Shown here: piece by piece, positions 47,616 through 59,669 of the stretch
How positions within the stretch are numbered: the first letter of the stretch is position 1
How the letters are laid out: every line of letters begins with the position of its first letter
IMG/VR virus record: IMGVR_UViG_3300022539_000562
Length of the DNA: 64,000 nt
Strand: one strand, 5' to 3'
Source: a virus
Translations under genes and position numbers: made by a program
The notes under the pieces: model-generated
The model's input: only the letters and a program-made list of their open reading frames with translations
Databases searched by the model: none
What the model was told of the DNA's origin: nothing

Positions 47616-47782
47616 TTTATCTTTCTTTCAGATGTTCATTAATTTCTTTTTTATTTTTTATTTTTTGTTTTTTTCTATCATAAGTTTTTTTACTTTTTTT
47701 AATTCTAGTAAAAGGTTTAATTTTCCATATTCTTCTAAACCTACCTCTAATAGTACTACCTCTAGCAGTACCTCTTGTACTT

Positions 47783-48067
47783 TTAGCCATTTTCTTCTCC
47801 TTGATTCATCAAACAATATAAAGCAAGAAGCATTAAAGAAGTTTTGCCATCAAATTGAAAAGAAAAATCTTCATCTAAATTATATTCTTTTTCAATTTGC
47901 TCTAGTACTGAATGTACTTCCTCATCATTATCTGTGTATATATATAAATTCGCACCATATGGGTCAAAAAGCATTATATCATAAACATCATTAATACACT
48001 TCTCAATAATATCTGTTATTACACATAATATACTCCAAAGTTTATTTTCTAATTGTTCTTTTTTCAT
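47783..48067 (-). CDS. Hypothetical protein
   Basis: 94 aa, GGAG SD. Confidence 0.5.
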   Translation of the reverse strand: MKKEQLENKLWSILCVITDIIEKCINDVYDIMLFDPYGANLYIYTDNDEEVHSVLEQIEKEYNLDEDFSFQFDGKTSLMLLALYCLMNQGEENG

Positions 48068-48104
48068 TAAATTTCTCCAATTTTTAGATTTCTTGATTTT
48101 ATTC

Positions 48105-49346
48105 TTATAAACGATAAGTTGGATATTCGAATGTAAAACTTATACTTTTTTCCGCATTAAATGGTATGTGTCCCTTTAATTCATTAATCAATCTATCTAA
48201 ATTATAATCACTTTTACTTAATAAACATTTTATATTATGTGAAATATATCTACCAATCCCTTTTATTATTTTCGATTTATAAGTTGCATAATACCCTTTT
48301 GTCTCTACATCTATTGACCAAATTACTGAATTACTATAAGCATTATAATAATAATTTGCTCTTTCAAATGGAATATTACCACAAGATGTATAATCAGTAT
48401 TATTTGCTTGAGAATAAAAGAATACCTGTGTATTACCACTCAACAATAAACACCATTTATCAGGAAACCAAAAATAAAAATCTATTACTGGTTCATTTTT
48501 TCTATAATGTTTCATTTTAACCTATAATTCACGAATATTCATTGCTGTTATATTTTTACTTATTTCATCTATTATTTCTTGTATATTCTTATTATATTTT
48601 TTTGTCATCACTACTACATTTCTCCAAATATATCCTGCTACTCCTTTTAATTTTTTCAATTTCAACAATTCTAAATCATCCCTATTAACAATCCATGACC
48701 AAGATAAACAATTGTTATAATTAAGAAAATATTTATTTGCAACCTCATAAGACATATAACTATAATTTATTTTTTTAGCAACATAAACATAATCTATTTG
48801 AAGTATCTCTTTTCCACTATTAAATATTATGCAAGTTGAAAGAGATTGAGCATCTTTGCCATATGGAAAGAAATATAAATCTATTCTTGGATTATTTTTA
48901 CTATAATGAGTCATTTTTATTCCTCATAAATAATATATTTCTACATTATCAACTACTCTTACTTTCTTTGGACGCATTCGTTCTTTTATAGTACTAATAC
49001 ATTTTTCTACATTCATATGACACTTTTTAAAAAGACTTACAAAATTACGCACTACAAATTCATTATTACCACTTATTTGTTTTTTATTAAATAAAGGATA
49101 GTGATAATCATAAAAATCATTGTTAAGTTTTAATGAAAAAATTATACTTCTATAATTACTATTATAATATTCATTTGCTTCTTTTTCAGACATATTGCCA
49201 CAAGATAATCCAAATTTTGCATTAGGATAACCTGATTGGTAAATATAAAATACCTGTTCTCCACTACTTAATATTAAACAATAAAGATTGCATTCCAAAT
49301 CGTAAAAATCTACTCGTGGTATATCTTGATAGTGTTCTTTTTTCAT
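48105..49346 (-). other. Three tandem paralogous CDSs (48105-48515, 48522-48914, 48924-49346)
   Basis: Shared HY...P.(I/V)D(F/L)Y...C....G.(Q/E)...AN.Y. Confidence 0.65.
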
Positions 49347-49357
49347 TTTATTTCCTA

Positions 49358-49371
49358 ATATAATTATACTA
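49358..49371 (-). promoter_or_regulatory. Putative promoter motif TAGTATAATTATAT
   Basis: Intergenic copy upstream of the paralog triplet. Confidence 0.55.
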
Positions 49372-49390
49372 TATTTTTACTATTTTTTTC

Positions 49391-50068
49391 TTAAAATTCC
49401 CAATATTTTTTTCTCATTTTAATTAGAAAATCATTAATTTCCTTTTGATTACGCTCTTTCTTTGGTTTATTTTTATAGATTTCCTTGGCAATATTAATAT
49501 ATTTCTCAGCAATATCTATTACATATCCTGCTGTATACATACCTTTTTTTAATTTTAATAACATTTCTCTAATTTCTTTACTTTGAATTCTAACATTAAA
49601 AATACCTGTATCAAGTAATTCGCATAATTGAAATAGAACCCTTACATAAGCAACTGCATACTTGTGTGGTCTACTATCCTTTTTATTAAGAAACTTTTTA
49701 CGTTGATTAAGACCATAACCTATAAAAGCATCGAGAGCATATTTACTACTCCAAATATATGGAAAAAGTTTTCTTAATTCTTGTCCATCTTCGTTTGCTT
49801 CTATTACAGGTGCAAGAAATACTTCTAAAATACTTGGATTACTTTTACTTGCTAAATGCAAAAAGTGTCCTAATTCATAAGCAACATTATCCTCTTTGCC
49901 TTGTATTTTAACCCAAGTACTTCCTTTATAAAAATTTCCCAAAGACAATAATTCTTTTGTAGGTATAATATAAACTGCTCTATAATCATAATCACTATCC
50001 TTGTTATGAAGTCCATGTGCTCTACTACCACAAAGCACTTTCAATAAAATTTGTTTTTTTAATTTCAT
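49391..50068 (-). CDS. Pol-beta superfamily nucleotidyltransferase (RlaP/PF10127-like)
   Basis: GSRAHGL..DSDYDYRAVY; YEL..FL.LA.K.NP..LE. Confidence 0.85.
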   Translation of the reverse strand: MKLKKQILLKVLCGSRAHGLHNKDSDYDYRAVYIIPTKELLSLGNFYKGSTWVKIQGKEDNVAYELGHFLHLASKSNPSILEVFLAPVIEANEDGQELRKLFPYIWSSKYALDAFIGYGLNQRKKFLNKKDSRPHKYAVAYVRVLFQLCELLDTGIFNVRIQSKEIREMLLKLKKGMYTAGYVIDIAEKYINIAKEIYKNKPKKERNQKEINDFLIKMRKKYWEF

Positions 50069-50990
50069 TTCCCACCTATAAAATATTTTAAAAAATTTAC
50101 TATTGATTTTATTTTAGGTAATTGTGAGTCGCAACTCAAATAGATATTTTTTCTAAATAATAATGAATACATACTTTTAGTTATCAAAAAAGTACCTAGT
50201 CTTATTGTATAAAGTGGAGATGTATATTTATGTTTAGTATTCAAAAAAATATAATATCTTTCTAAACCAGAAGTTGTAAAAAATCTTATTGCTCCTCCTT
50301 TTTTTAAATAATGAGTATCAACATTATTCATTTCTTTAATATATTTGACTTCTTTAAAACGATTGATACTTTCGAGAATATCTTTTTCAGTCTTAATATA
50401 TGATTTGTATGCATTATCATATATTGTGTATGCTTTGTATACAATAGTATTTGGTTTTGTAATACGAACATTAATATATAATATAGCATTTATTGTATCT
50501 AAAAAAATCTTAAATACTTTTATTTTCTTTTTCATTTTTTTCTTCCTATAAAATATTCTATAAAATCTGAAAAATATTCTGTTTTAGGTATCATATGATT
50601 TTTTGTTAAATAAACATTGCCAAGTTTATCCTCTAATAAACTCCTAACTTCATAAAGCTGACTTTCTCGCATATAAAAAAGTTTAGAAATATATTTATGT
50701 TTCTTGTTCAAAAAAATATAGTAATGACCTTTATTCATAGTTGCAAACATTCTTATTGCTCCTCCTTTGTTGAAATAAAAGGTATCTATACTATTTATTA
50801 ATAAACAATCATCATCTTCTCTAAAAGTAATAATTTCTTCTGCAATAGATTCTACAATATCAGTGAGAAAAAAATTATCGCCAAATATATAAACAAAAAA
50901 TTTATCTGATTCTTTATAATGTATACACACAGACAAAGCATTAGTTTTTTTATTTAAAAATATATCTAATATTCTAAATGTTTCCTTCAT
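50065..50990 (-). other. Two tandem paralogous CDSs (50065-50535, 50532-50990)
   Basis: Shared DT.Y..KGGAIR.F...YYIFLN.KHKY. Confidence 0.7.
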
Positions 50991-50999
50991 TTTATTTCT

Positions 51000-51341
51000 T
51001 TATTTTGGTATTCCATTTTTTATTTTATTTAATATATCAAATAATTTTTTTCTATTTCTAATATCTTGTAAATATTTTTTTGGAGTCTCATCATTTAATT
51101 GTTCATTTTTGGTATACAACCATTTTTTGTATCCTTCTTTGCCTATAACATCTAATGCTAATTTTGTTACTTTTTCAATTTCTCGATTATTCCACAATAC
51201 ATAATGCCTATTACAACAAAATAATTTATAATTTTTAGGTTCATCCTTGTAATAAACTTTTAACCGACTTTTAGAAAATTGTTCTTCTAGTTTATTACAA
51301 AATAAACAAATATTTTTTTTCATCTTATTCTTTCCAATCAT
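51000..51341 (-). CDS. Protein with an MbcA/ParS/Xre antitoxin C-terminal-like domain
   Basis: ALDVIG..KKWLYTKNEQLNDETPKKYL. Confidence 0.55.
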   Translation of the reverse strand: MIGKNKMKKNICLFCNKLEEQFSKSRLKVYYKDEPKNYKLFCCNRHYVLWNNREIEKVTKLALDVIGKEGYKKWLYTKNEQLNDETPKKYLQDIRNRKKLFDILNKIKNGIPK

Positions 51342-51344
51342 TAT

Positions 51345-51968
51345 TTAATTTTTATTTACTAACTTTTTTACAATAATTTTACTTTTAAATTCACCACAAG
51401 CAATACCATCTAATAATACTTCTGGATATGTTTGCTTATATCTTATCTTAGGAAAAATTTTTCTTATTGTTCTTTTAGGTGGAAATCTCCAACAATATCC
51501 CCAAACTGAATCTTCCCATCTATACCAATAACATTCTCCACATTTTTTAAATTTCATTTCTCCTCCTTTATTTCCTTAATAATTTTAATTATCAATTTAG
51601 CAGTTCTTTCACATTCAAAATCCCTACTATCATAACTTGACCAATTATCTTTGGTGCTTGATAACATTTCTTCTAATTGTTTAGCTAATTGTTTTATTCG
51701 TTTATTTTCTTTCATTTTTTCTCCTTTTTGTTTATTCAAACCATAATAAATAATATTTATCAACTAAATTTGGTTCTCCCCATTCTTCATTCTTATCTTC
51801 ATCTAATCCCTCCATACCTAAAAACCAAGCTTTTTTCTTTAAAACTAAATTGAACCAGAAAAATCTTATAATTTTAAAAATTCTATGTGCAAATTTATAA
51901 TTTGAAATTCTTATTTTCATTTTCTTTCCTTTAAATATTTTTGATAATTTTTTTCTAAATTTAGCCAA
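51345..51968 (-). other. Small hypothetical CDSs (51345-51557, 51554-51763, 51732-51968)
   Basis: Coupled ORFs. Confidence 0.45.
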
Positions 51969-52513
51969 AATTTTGCTGAAACATTAAATTCTTTTTCAAA
52001 TATTTTTGCTATTTTTGGAGTTATTGAATAACTTCCTCTAATAATACTTTTTAATACACTAGAAGATACACCTGTCTTTTTAGATAAACCATATACACTC
52101 ATATTTCGAGCTTCTAATGTTTCCTTTAAAGTTATTCCAGGAGGAAAAACCATATCAGGATTATATTCTTTTAAATTCATTTTACACATTATATCTATAC
52201 ACAATTTTTTATGAATATTAGCAGGAATATTTAACCACCATTCATTATCAAATTGTTTTAAACAATCTAGTGCTTTTTCTACCGAAAAAGATGTATGTAT
52301 AAGAAGGTATAATTCTTTATATTCAGTTTCACATTCTGGGTCAATTGTAATTTCAAGAGTAAGCTGTACTAATTCTCCAAAATATTCTTTAATTTTTTTA
52401 TTTGCTTCATAGAGAACTTCTATAAGAGATAAATTATCCATAAGAAATTTCTCTACTTCTGTGTGTTTATGAAAAGTATAAAATTGTTTTAATAAATCTA
52501 ATTTAGTTTTCAT
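51917..52513 (-). CDS. Fusion: unknown N-terminal domain + HigA-like HTH antitoxin
   Basis: PPGITLKE.L..R.MS...LS..TG...IIRG..SIT..IA..F...F.VSA.FWLNL. Confidence 0.75.
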   Translation of the reverse strand: MKTKLDLLKQFYTFHKHTEVEKFLMDNLSLIEVLYEANKKIKEYFGELVQLTLEITIDPECETEYKELYLLIHTSFSVEKALDCLKQFDNEWWLNIPANIHKKLCIDIMCKMNLKEYNPDMVFPPGITLKETLEARNMSVYGLSKKTGVSSSVLKSIIRGSYSITPKIAKIFEKEFNVSAKFWLNLEKNYQKYLKERK

Positions 52514-52525
52514 TTCCTTTCCTTT

Positions 52526-52744
52526 TTAAATAAACATTAATCTTTCAGGATTAGTTGCTACACCTGTATAATCTTGAAATCTATTCCAATTGCCAGCACA
52601 TTTATATACAACAAAAATATACTTATTGTTCCAAGATTTTATTTTGCCTTTTTCTATTAAATGTTCTTGATATTCTGCAAATGTACCAATATATTCTACC
52701 CATTTGCCAATATCTTCTTTTTTTAATTTTGTTATATCTATCAT
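52526..52744 (-). CDS. Hypothetical phage protein
   Basis: 72 aa, coupled. Confidence 0.5.
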   Translation of the reverse strand: MIDITKLKKEDIGKWVEYIGTFAEYQEHLIEKGKIKSWNNKYIFVVYKCAGNWNRFQDYTGVATNPERLMFI

Positions 52745-53487
52745 TCTTTCTCCTTTAAAATAGTTATAGATTTTTCACCATCCATAATTCGTTTTAATTC
52801 CTCATTTATTGCATTTATTAAAATCACTAATTCACCCATTCCATCTTTTTCACCTCTTAATTTATCCAATCTTTCTACTTCTTTCTTTGTCCTTCTACCC
52901 CACAAATCATAAATTTTTTTTAATCTTTTAATACAAATTTTTACAGAGATTATAAATTGTCTTACAGTTTCTCTAAATACTTCTTGAGTATAATTTTCAG
53001 GAAACATCTTGCCTTCAAATTGTTCCCAATTAGAAAGCGACGGTGACGGCGTTTTCTGTGCTTTCTTTAATAATCTACGAATTTCTTTTAAAGAATTAAC
53101 TTCCAACATTTTTAATAAATCTTTAACTTGTTGTTTATCTTTTGCTATTTTTACTACTGGAGCAATTTCAGATAATTTTGACCATTCATATTGTTCTATA
53201 TCACTTGCTAATAATTTCCATTTAAGTATAAATATCTTGTAGATTTGAATAATTTTTTGAACTGTTCTTAATTCAAATCCTATTTCACTGCACTGAACAT
53301 AATCTTGCCAAGAATTATAAGTCAATAATAAATATCCTTTTGATTCTTTCATTTCATACAATTCTTTACCTAAAAGCAAATAATGTTTCTTAATATTATG
53401 AATATTCTGTAAAATATTTAAATGCTTTTTTTCTACCTCTTTGCGAGTTAGAACTCCTTCTTTTAAAATTTCTATTTCATTTCCCAA
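52741..53487 (-). CDS. DUF3102-like DNA-binding protein
   Basis: LGKELYEMKE..SWQDYV..F..RT..K.IQIY. Confidence 0.45.
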   Translation of the reverse strand: MGNEIEILKEGVLTRKEVEKKHLNILQNIHNIKKHYLLLGKELYEMKESKGYLLLTYNSWQDYVQCSEIGFELRTVQKIIQIYKIFILKWKLLASDIEQYEWSKLSEIAPVVKIAKDKQQVKDLLKMLEVNSLKEIRRLLKKAQKTPSPSLSNWEQFEGKMFPENYTQEVFRETVRQFIISVKICIKRLKKIYDLWGRRTKKEVERLDKLRGEKDGMGELVILINAINEELKRIMDGEKSITILKEKE

Positions 53488-53638
53488 TTTTTTTTCATCT
53501 CCTTTGATAATTTTTTAACTTCTTTTACAAATTCTTTCATTACTGCTTGTGTCTTACTTGTTTCTACCATAAGTTTAACAAAACTTTTTGCCCATTTATT
53601 AAATTTCATAAAAGCTTCAAAATCTGTAAAATTTGTTA

Positions 53639-54573
53639 TCATTTTTTTATTATTAAGCTAAATAATATATCTTTTATTTTTTCTATACTAGGCACTTTTG
53701 TATAAGTATCTAAATATATAATAGTAGCACTAAATTTTGTTAATAAATCGTTTCTTATTATTTCCCATTTTTCATCTTGAATTTTAATTGGTTTATTAAT
53801 TTTCTTGTTACTTACGAATTGATAATACCAATCTCTAAAACTTTTTAATAATCTAATTTTATAATTTGCTTGTTTTATTTGACAAGAATAAATAATGCTA
53901 ATTGCTATACTATCCTTAATACAAAGTTGTCTTACCATTTCATTTATTGCCATTCCTAAATTAGCATTTTGTGGAACAAGTTTTTTTTCAACTAATTGAA
54001 AATTATCATAAGAAACCAATATACAATGTAATATATGATATATATTATCTTTTTTACCCTTATTTTCTTTAATAATAAAATTAAGCAAACCTGTTTCTAA
54101 ATCTAAACGAATTCTTTCTATTTTAAACACTATTTTATTACTCCTTTTCTATGTTGAATATGATTACATTTTTCACATTGTACCCAATCTTTTGTTATTT
54201 CTTTATTTTTATACATATCTGCGATATCAGTATAAGTATGTCCATTTAAATTTTGAAATAAATCAGGTCTTTTAATTACTCCGAGAACAAATTTAGTTTT
54301 TTCTATAAGAACTCTTTTAAAATTCTTAAAAAATAAAGGAGTATTTACATTTACTGTTTTTAATACTTCTCGAAAATGTATATTTATAATAATAGGAGTT
54401 TCATAAAATTGAATTTCAATCATTTCCCTTTCCATATATTTTTTTATAATTATTTTATTTTCCGAATCTGCCCAAGTACAATAATCAAAAGGAATAGGAT
54501 TAGGAATTTTTTTAATTGCCTCCATAATTTCTTTTTCTTTACTTAAAATTTCTTTTCTTGTCTTCATTTTCAT
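53639..54573 (-). other. Two hypothetical CDSs (53639-54130, 54130-54573)
   Basis: Coupled ORFs. Confidence 0.5.
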
Positions 54574-54675
54574 CTCTCTCTTTAATAAACCATATAATTC
54601 CTATTGATTTAAAAACATTATATACTAAATCTCTCAATGCTTCTCCTACTTTATTAAGTGCTTCCCTAGTTGTTT

Positions 54676-55230
54676 TCATTTTACTAATCCTTTTTTAATT
54701 TGCTGATAGAGTTTCATTATTTCCTGTAATGTAACAGGTCTGTAATTATGCACATCTACGCCTACATTAATTAGTATTCTCAATTTATTTCTATCAATCA
54801 TTTTTCTTTGAAATTTCCAATTTTGATGTATATGTCCTACTAAATTTAATTGATAATTATAATTTGCTTCTGCTGGATTATGAACTAAATTTATTAACAT
54901 TTTACTATAATATATTTGCAATGATTTTATTCTACTTTTTACAGAATTATTTCTATCATGATTTCCTATAATATGAGTAATCTTACCATTTAACATATCT
55001 TCCCAATATTTTGCAGGTTCTATTCCACCTTCTCCTCTATATATCATAGCAGGAGTATTTTTAAAACAAAAATCTCCTATTACATAAACTACATCTTCAT
55101 TCTTAACTCTTTCATTCCATCTACGAATTAATTCTTCATTCATATGTGTTAAACTCTTAAATGGTCTTCCACAGTATCTGATAATATTGTAATGATTAAG
55201 ATGTAAATCACTTGTCACAAAATATTTCAA
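54676..55230 (-). CDS. Calcineurin-like metallophosphoesterase
   Basis: SDLHLNH; IGDF; GNHD; GHIH; NVGVD. Confidence 0.92.
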   Translation of the reverse strand: MKYFVTSDLHLNHYNIIRYCGRPFKSLTHMNEELIRRWNERVKNEDVVYVIGDFCFKNTPAMIYRGEGGIEPAKYWEDMLNGKITHIIGNHDRNNSVKSRIKSLQIYYSKMLINLVHNPAEANYNYQLNLVGHIHQNWKFQRKMIDRNKLRILINVGVDVHNYRPVTLQEIMKLYQQIKKGLVK

Positions 55231-55239
55231 TTTTCCTCC

Positions 55240-56772
55240 TTATAGTGTTTTATGATTTTTATCATGTAATATAAAACCTACATTTTCTTTTTTAAATATT
55301 GCATCTAAAATTTCCTCTAATTCTCTTAATTGCTTTCTATTAATAATATTAATATATACATGAACATAATAATTAAATAAATTCTCTGGATAACTTTTTG
55401 CACGAATTTCTGATTTTCTAACTCTAAAAGAAATTGATATCAATTCTAATATTTTATTTATATTCTTTTTAATATCCTCTTCAATCATTTTATTTTTATA
55501 ACTTTTAATATTTTTGTTAATCATTTAATTTCTTTTTATATAGTAATAATCTTCTAAAAAACTTTTTATTAATACTAAAACTGTTATATCAACTAAACAT
55601 CCATCTAATTCATCATTATTAAATTTCTCAATATATCTTTCATAAATTTTTTTACCTTTAAACATTTCTTTTTCCCAAACTGTAAACTGCAAATTTCCTC
55701 GTCTATATCTAAAATAAAACCACTCATTATCATTAGTAAATCCATCCCATTGCGTAGGACATGCTGAACAAGTTTTTCTTAAAAATGTACAATATTTTTT
55801 AATAAGTAATTTCCATAATTTTTTTTCTATTTGCTTTTCTTCATTAAAAATATCTTTTATTATTTTCATCTTAAATTACTCCCAATTTTTACCATATTTT
55901 AAAAACTTTTTAGCATTTAAACACATTTCTTCTGGATGAAATTCAGCACAGAACCAAGGATAATAATCATCTGTATTTCTTGTTCCTATGTATAAAATAT
56001 CTCTTTTAGCAATAACATCTTGAACAATAATCATATCTGCTTCGCAACCATCATATTCTTCTACATATCTTACTTTTACTGGAATAGGAGGAAATTTATT
56101 TTTTATTTTTATATTAACTGTTACATAAATTTCTTCCATACTACTTCTATATCCATTTTGTTCATCTTCTATTGCAAAATGAATAAAATCATTTAAAATA
56201 AAAGCAATACCTGTTTTATCTCCATCTTTAATCATTTCAACACCTGATAATTCGTGGAATCCTACTAAATCTTTTAGTTTCATTCTTTCTCCTTATTTTC
56301 TAATAAATAAAATTCTTTAATTATCCATTCATTTCTTGCTAAAATTTCATCAATAAATCTTGCATTAATTTCTGCACATGTTTCATTGCTTAAATTATCT
56401 AAACAATCAAAAACTAAATGAGTTAAGTCATGCCAGAATGCTATTCTTTTTAATACAATTGACAATTCTTTCCTTATATATATATCTTCTGTTTCCTTAT
56501 CAATAAAAGCATGAACATAACCCATATTATATTTCTTTTGCCACTCTTCTATCTTTTTAGTATCAAAATGAATTTTAATTTCTCTACTTCCCCATTTTAC
56601 TATTTTCATCTTGTTCCTTTCTAATTTTGTCTATATCTTTTACTAACATTACCTCATTACAATTTCTACATTTCACAATTTTATTTCCCAATTTATTATA
56701 ACCTACTTCACACAACGCATATTTATTACAATAAGGACAAGTTTCAATAGAATAAAAACTTTTATAATCCAT
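55240..56772 (-). other. Small hypothetical CDSs (55240-55524 paralog family; 55525-55869; 55876-56283; 56280-56609 with HDLTH; 56584-56772 Zn ribbon)
   Basis: Co-oriented, coupled ORFs. Confidence 0.55.
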
Positions 56773-56785
56773 CTTCTCTCCTATA

Positions 56786-57511
56786 CTAAAATCCTTTTTG
56801 TATTTTTAATCTCTTCATTTGACTTTTAGATAATTCAATTAATTCTGCAATACCATAATCCTTATGTTTTATTTTAGTAATTACTCTATTGCCATTTCTT
56901 GCCTTCAGTTCTACCATAGGTTTTAATACCATTCCTTCTGCTAAAAAATCTCCCCATTGAGATTTAAGAGTACCTGATTTAATCAATTTGATAGCATCAT
57001 CAAGAGTACCTTTTCCTATAATTGGAACTACCTTTAAATCAAGTTTACTTGCTATTTCTTCTACATCATTTCTCTTTAACCACCAATCTCCTATTTTAAT
57101 ATCAAAAAGTATAAAATCTACTCCTTTTGGAATATATTTACCACCACTTTTTTGAATTTTAGCACCATAACCTTCTCCATACATACAAACATCTGGAATG
57201 TCATCACTCTCTCCAATTTTAAATACTTTCAACATTTTATCTTCTATAAATATTTTATTTAATTTTGCTAATAAAAAAATCGGTATTTGTGCCTTATCAG
57301 TTCTACCTTTAAAAACTATATGTGAAACCATTAATGGATGACTATGCCATAATATTCTAATATTTGTTCCATTTATTTTTTCAGTCCAATACCATATATT
57401 ATTTGCTAAATACTCTAGCCATTCTGTACTATACTGTCCTTCCAAAAAAGTCTTATAATTATCATCAGGATTTCTTTTAAATATACTTTGTATTTTAGGA
57501 TATTTAGTCAT
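56786..57511 (-). CDS. RNA ligase (ATP-dependent, Rnl2/RNA_ligase-like)
   Basis: YPKI; TEKINGTN (motif I); YGE; FDI; EGMV.KP; KIK. Confidence 0.85.
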   Translation of the reverse strand: MTKYPKIQSIFKRNPDDNYKTFLEGQYSTEWLEYLANNIWYWTEKINGTNIRILWHSHPLMVSHIVFKGRTDKAQIPIFLLAKLNKIFIEDKMLKVFKIGESDDIPDVCMYGEGYGAKIQKSGGKYIPKGVDFILFDIKIGDWWLKRNDVEEIASKLDLKVVPIIGKGTLDDAIKLIKSGTLKSQWGDFLAEGMVLKPMVELKARNGNRVITKIKHKDYGIAELIELSKSQMKRLKIQKGF

Positions 57512-59669
57512 TTTATCTCCTTTTTTAATTTTTTAAAATATTCATAGCTTTTAAATGCTTCAAGTTCTTTTAATATACCATTTGCTTTTGTTGGTTTATA
57601 ATATTTTCCATTGCCTTGACACCAAACTTTATAATTAGGAAAGTGTTTTATAAAACAATTAACACTATTTTTTAAATCAAATAAAACATTTTCAAAATTA
57701 TATCTTACTCCTTCTTCTCCATAATGTCCATAATCACAACCAACTTTAATTGCAAAAATATCTCCTATTTCATTTTTTAATACTTCATAAAAAGTTATTC
57801 CATAATGCATATCAAAATAATCTGCAAGTTTATAATCATCATAACAATATCTACCATCAAATTTACTTTTGTAAGGTTTCAACACTAATTTTTTAAAAGT
57901 ATAAGGTAGATTTTTCTTTTTAATCAAAATATAAGCATTCCACATTGGATTAGTTTCAAAATTTAGATATTTGCTATTAGTATCAGCATATCCCCATTTA
58001 ACTATTTCAGTTCGTAATCCTTTAATATATGGTTTCCAAATTATTTTTTTAATTTTATTCATTTTTTTCTCCTTTTATTTTGCGTCTTTTTGCACACCAA
58101 TTGATAATTTTTACTAATTCATCTGATGTAACATAACCTAAAGTATCATCAGGATATTTATCTGGATATAAATCCTTCATCATTTTATTTGTAATCCATC
58201 TGTGTTCTTCTCCTATCTCTCTCCATATTGCTACTTCACAATTTAAAGAACAAAGACGACCAAATTCATCCTTCAAACAATCTTTATCTGTATAAACATC
58301 ATTATTATCAGAATAAGTTCCCCAACCGAATTGAACAGATAATAAAATATTATTCTTAAATTTAATATGAAATCCACTACCATTTCTTGTTATTGTAAAC
58401 AATTATTTTCCCTCCTTTTTCTAAAATTAAACCACAATTTAATAAATCCAAAATAAATTCTAAACATCCAACCCATACTTTCACATTCGAGATATCTTAT
58501 ACTAATTCCAAAAGCACATTGATAAGGAAAAAATACCAACTCGCCACAACCAAATTTAGTATGGAATTCTTTAATTATTTGAACTTTCATTTGATTCATT
58601 ATTCCTCTTTATTAAATTGTTTAACAATTCATAAAAATTAATACTAAAAGTCCACAAATAAAATGACCATTTAATATTAAATAAATACCAATAAAGACTA
58701 AAATCATTTCTCTCATTTTTCACCTTCTTTTACTTCTTCCTCATATCCAAGAAGTTTCACATCAGCAAAAAACATATCTGGTGGGTCACCACATGGTTTA
58801 GTTTTTATAAATCTTCCAACCATTGTCTTTCCACTCTTCATAGGAATAAGTAATAAATCTCCTTCAATTGGTAAAGGATTCTTCCACCCATAAACTTTGA
58901 CAAGTGGTTTTCCATCAACAGCATATTTATCAATTACAATACTATCTCCCCAACCACCACCTATTTTATATGTTCTCTGTTCTTTACTATGTGATTTCAT
59001 AGGAATAATTTTATCAATAAATTGATTATAAACTGCACCAATTATTTTTTGGAAATTTCGTCTTAAATTCATTTTTTTCTCCTTTTCTCTTTATGTTCTG
59101 CTATTATCTCTTCACATACTTTATGTAAATTCTCCTTTAAAATTTTTTCCCAATCTTCGTTTATATCATCCATATATTCTTCCATATCTTCTTCATCTAT
59201 TCTTGATTTTGTATTATAAGACTCAGTTTTTATATATGTTATTTTATATTTTTTTGTGCCATTCCTATTATCTGTATATTTTTCAATTTTTCCTTTCATT
59301 ACTCCTCCCTTATAAACCATAGATAGTCATCTATAATTATTTCCTCTACTTTGTTTAAATAAATTCTTAATTGAGAAAAAGAAATACCTAACTCTTCTGC
59401 CAATTTCATTTTTGACATATCACCTTTTAGATATGTTATTAATAATTCAAAAAATTTTTTAATTTTCATTATTTCTTTTTCTTCTTTTTATTTGTTTCTA
59501 TTAATCCTTTAATATATTCTAACACATCATCAATAAAATTATCATATTCTTCTCCAGTAGCAAAACAAAGAGGAGCAGGATTTACTCCATGAAGATGATG
59601 CATCATACTAACACAAGTATTTTTTTTAAGAATTTCTTTTATATCTCCTTTTATTTTATCCCAATTCAT
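57508..59669 (-). other. Run of hypothetical CDSs (57508-58062, 58055-58402, 58390-58599, 58713-59072, 59069-59320, 59469-59669)
   Basis: Co-oriented ORFs, several with GGAG SDs. Confidence 0.55.
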
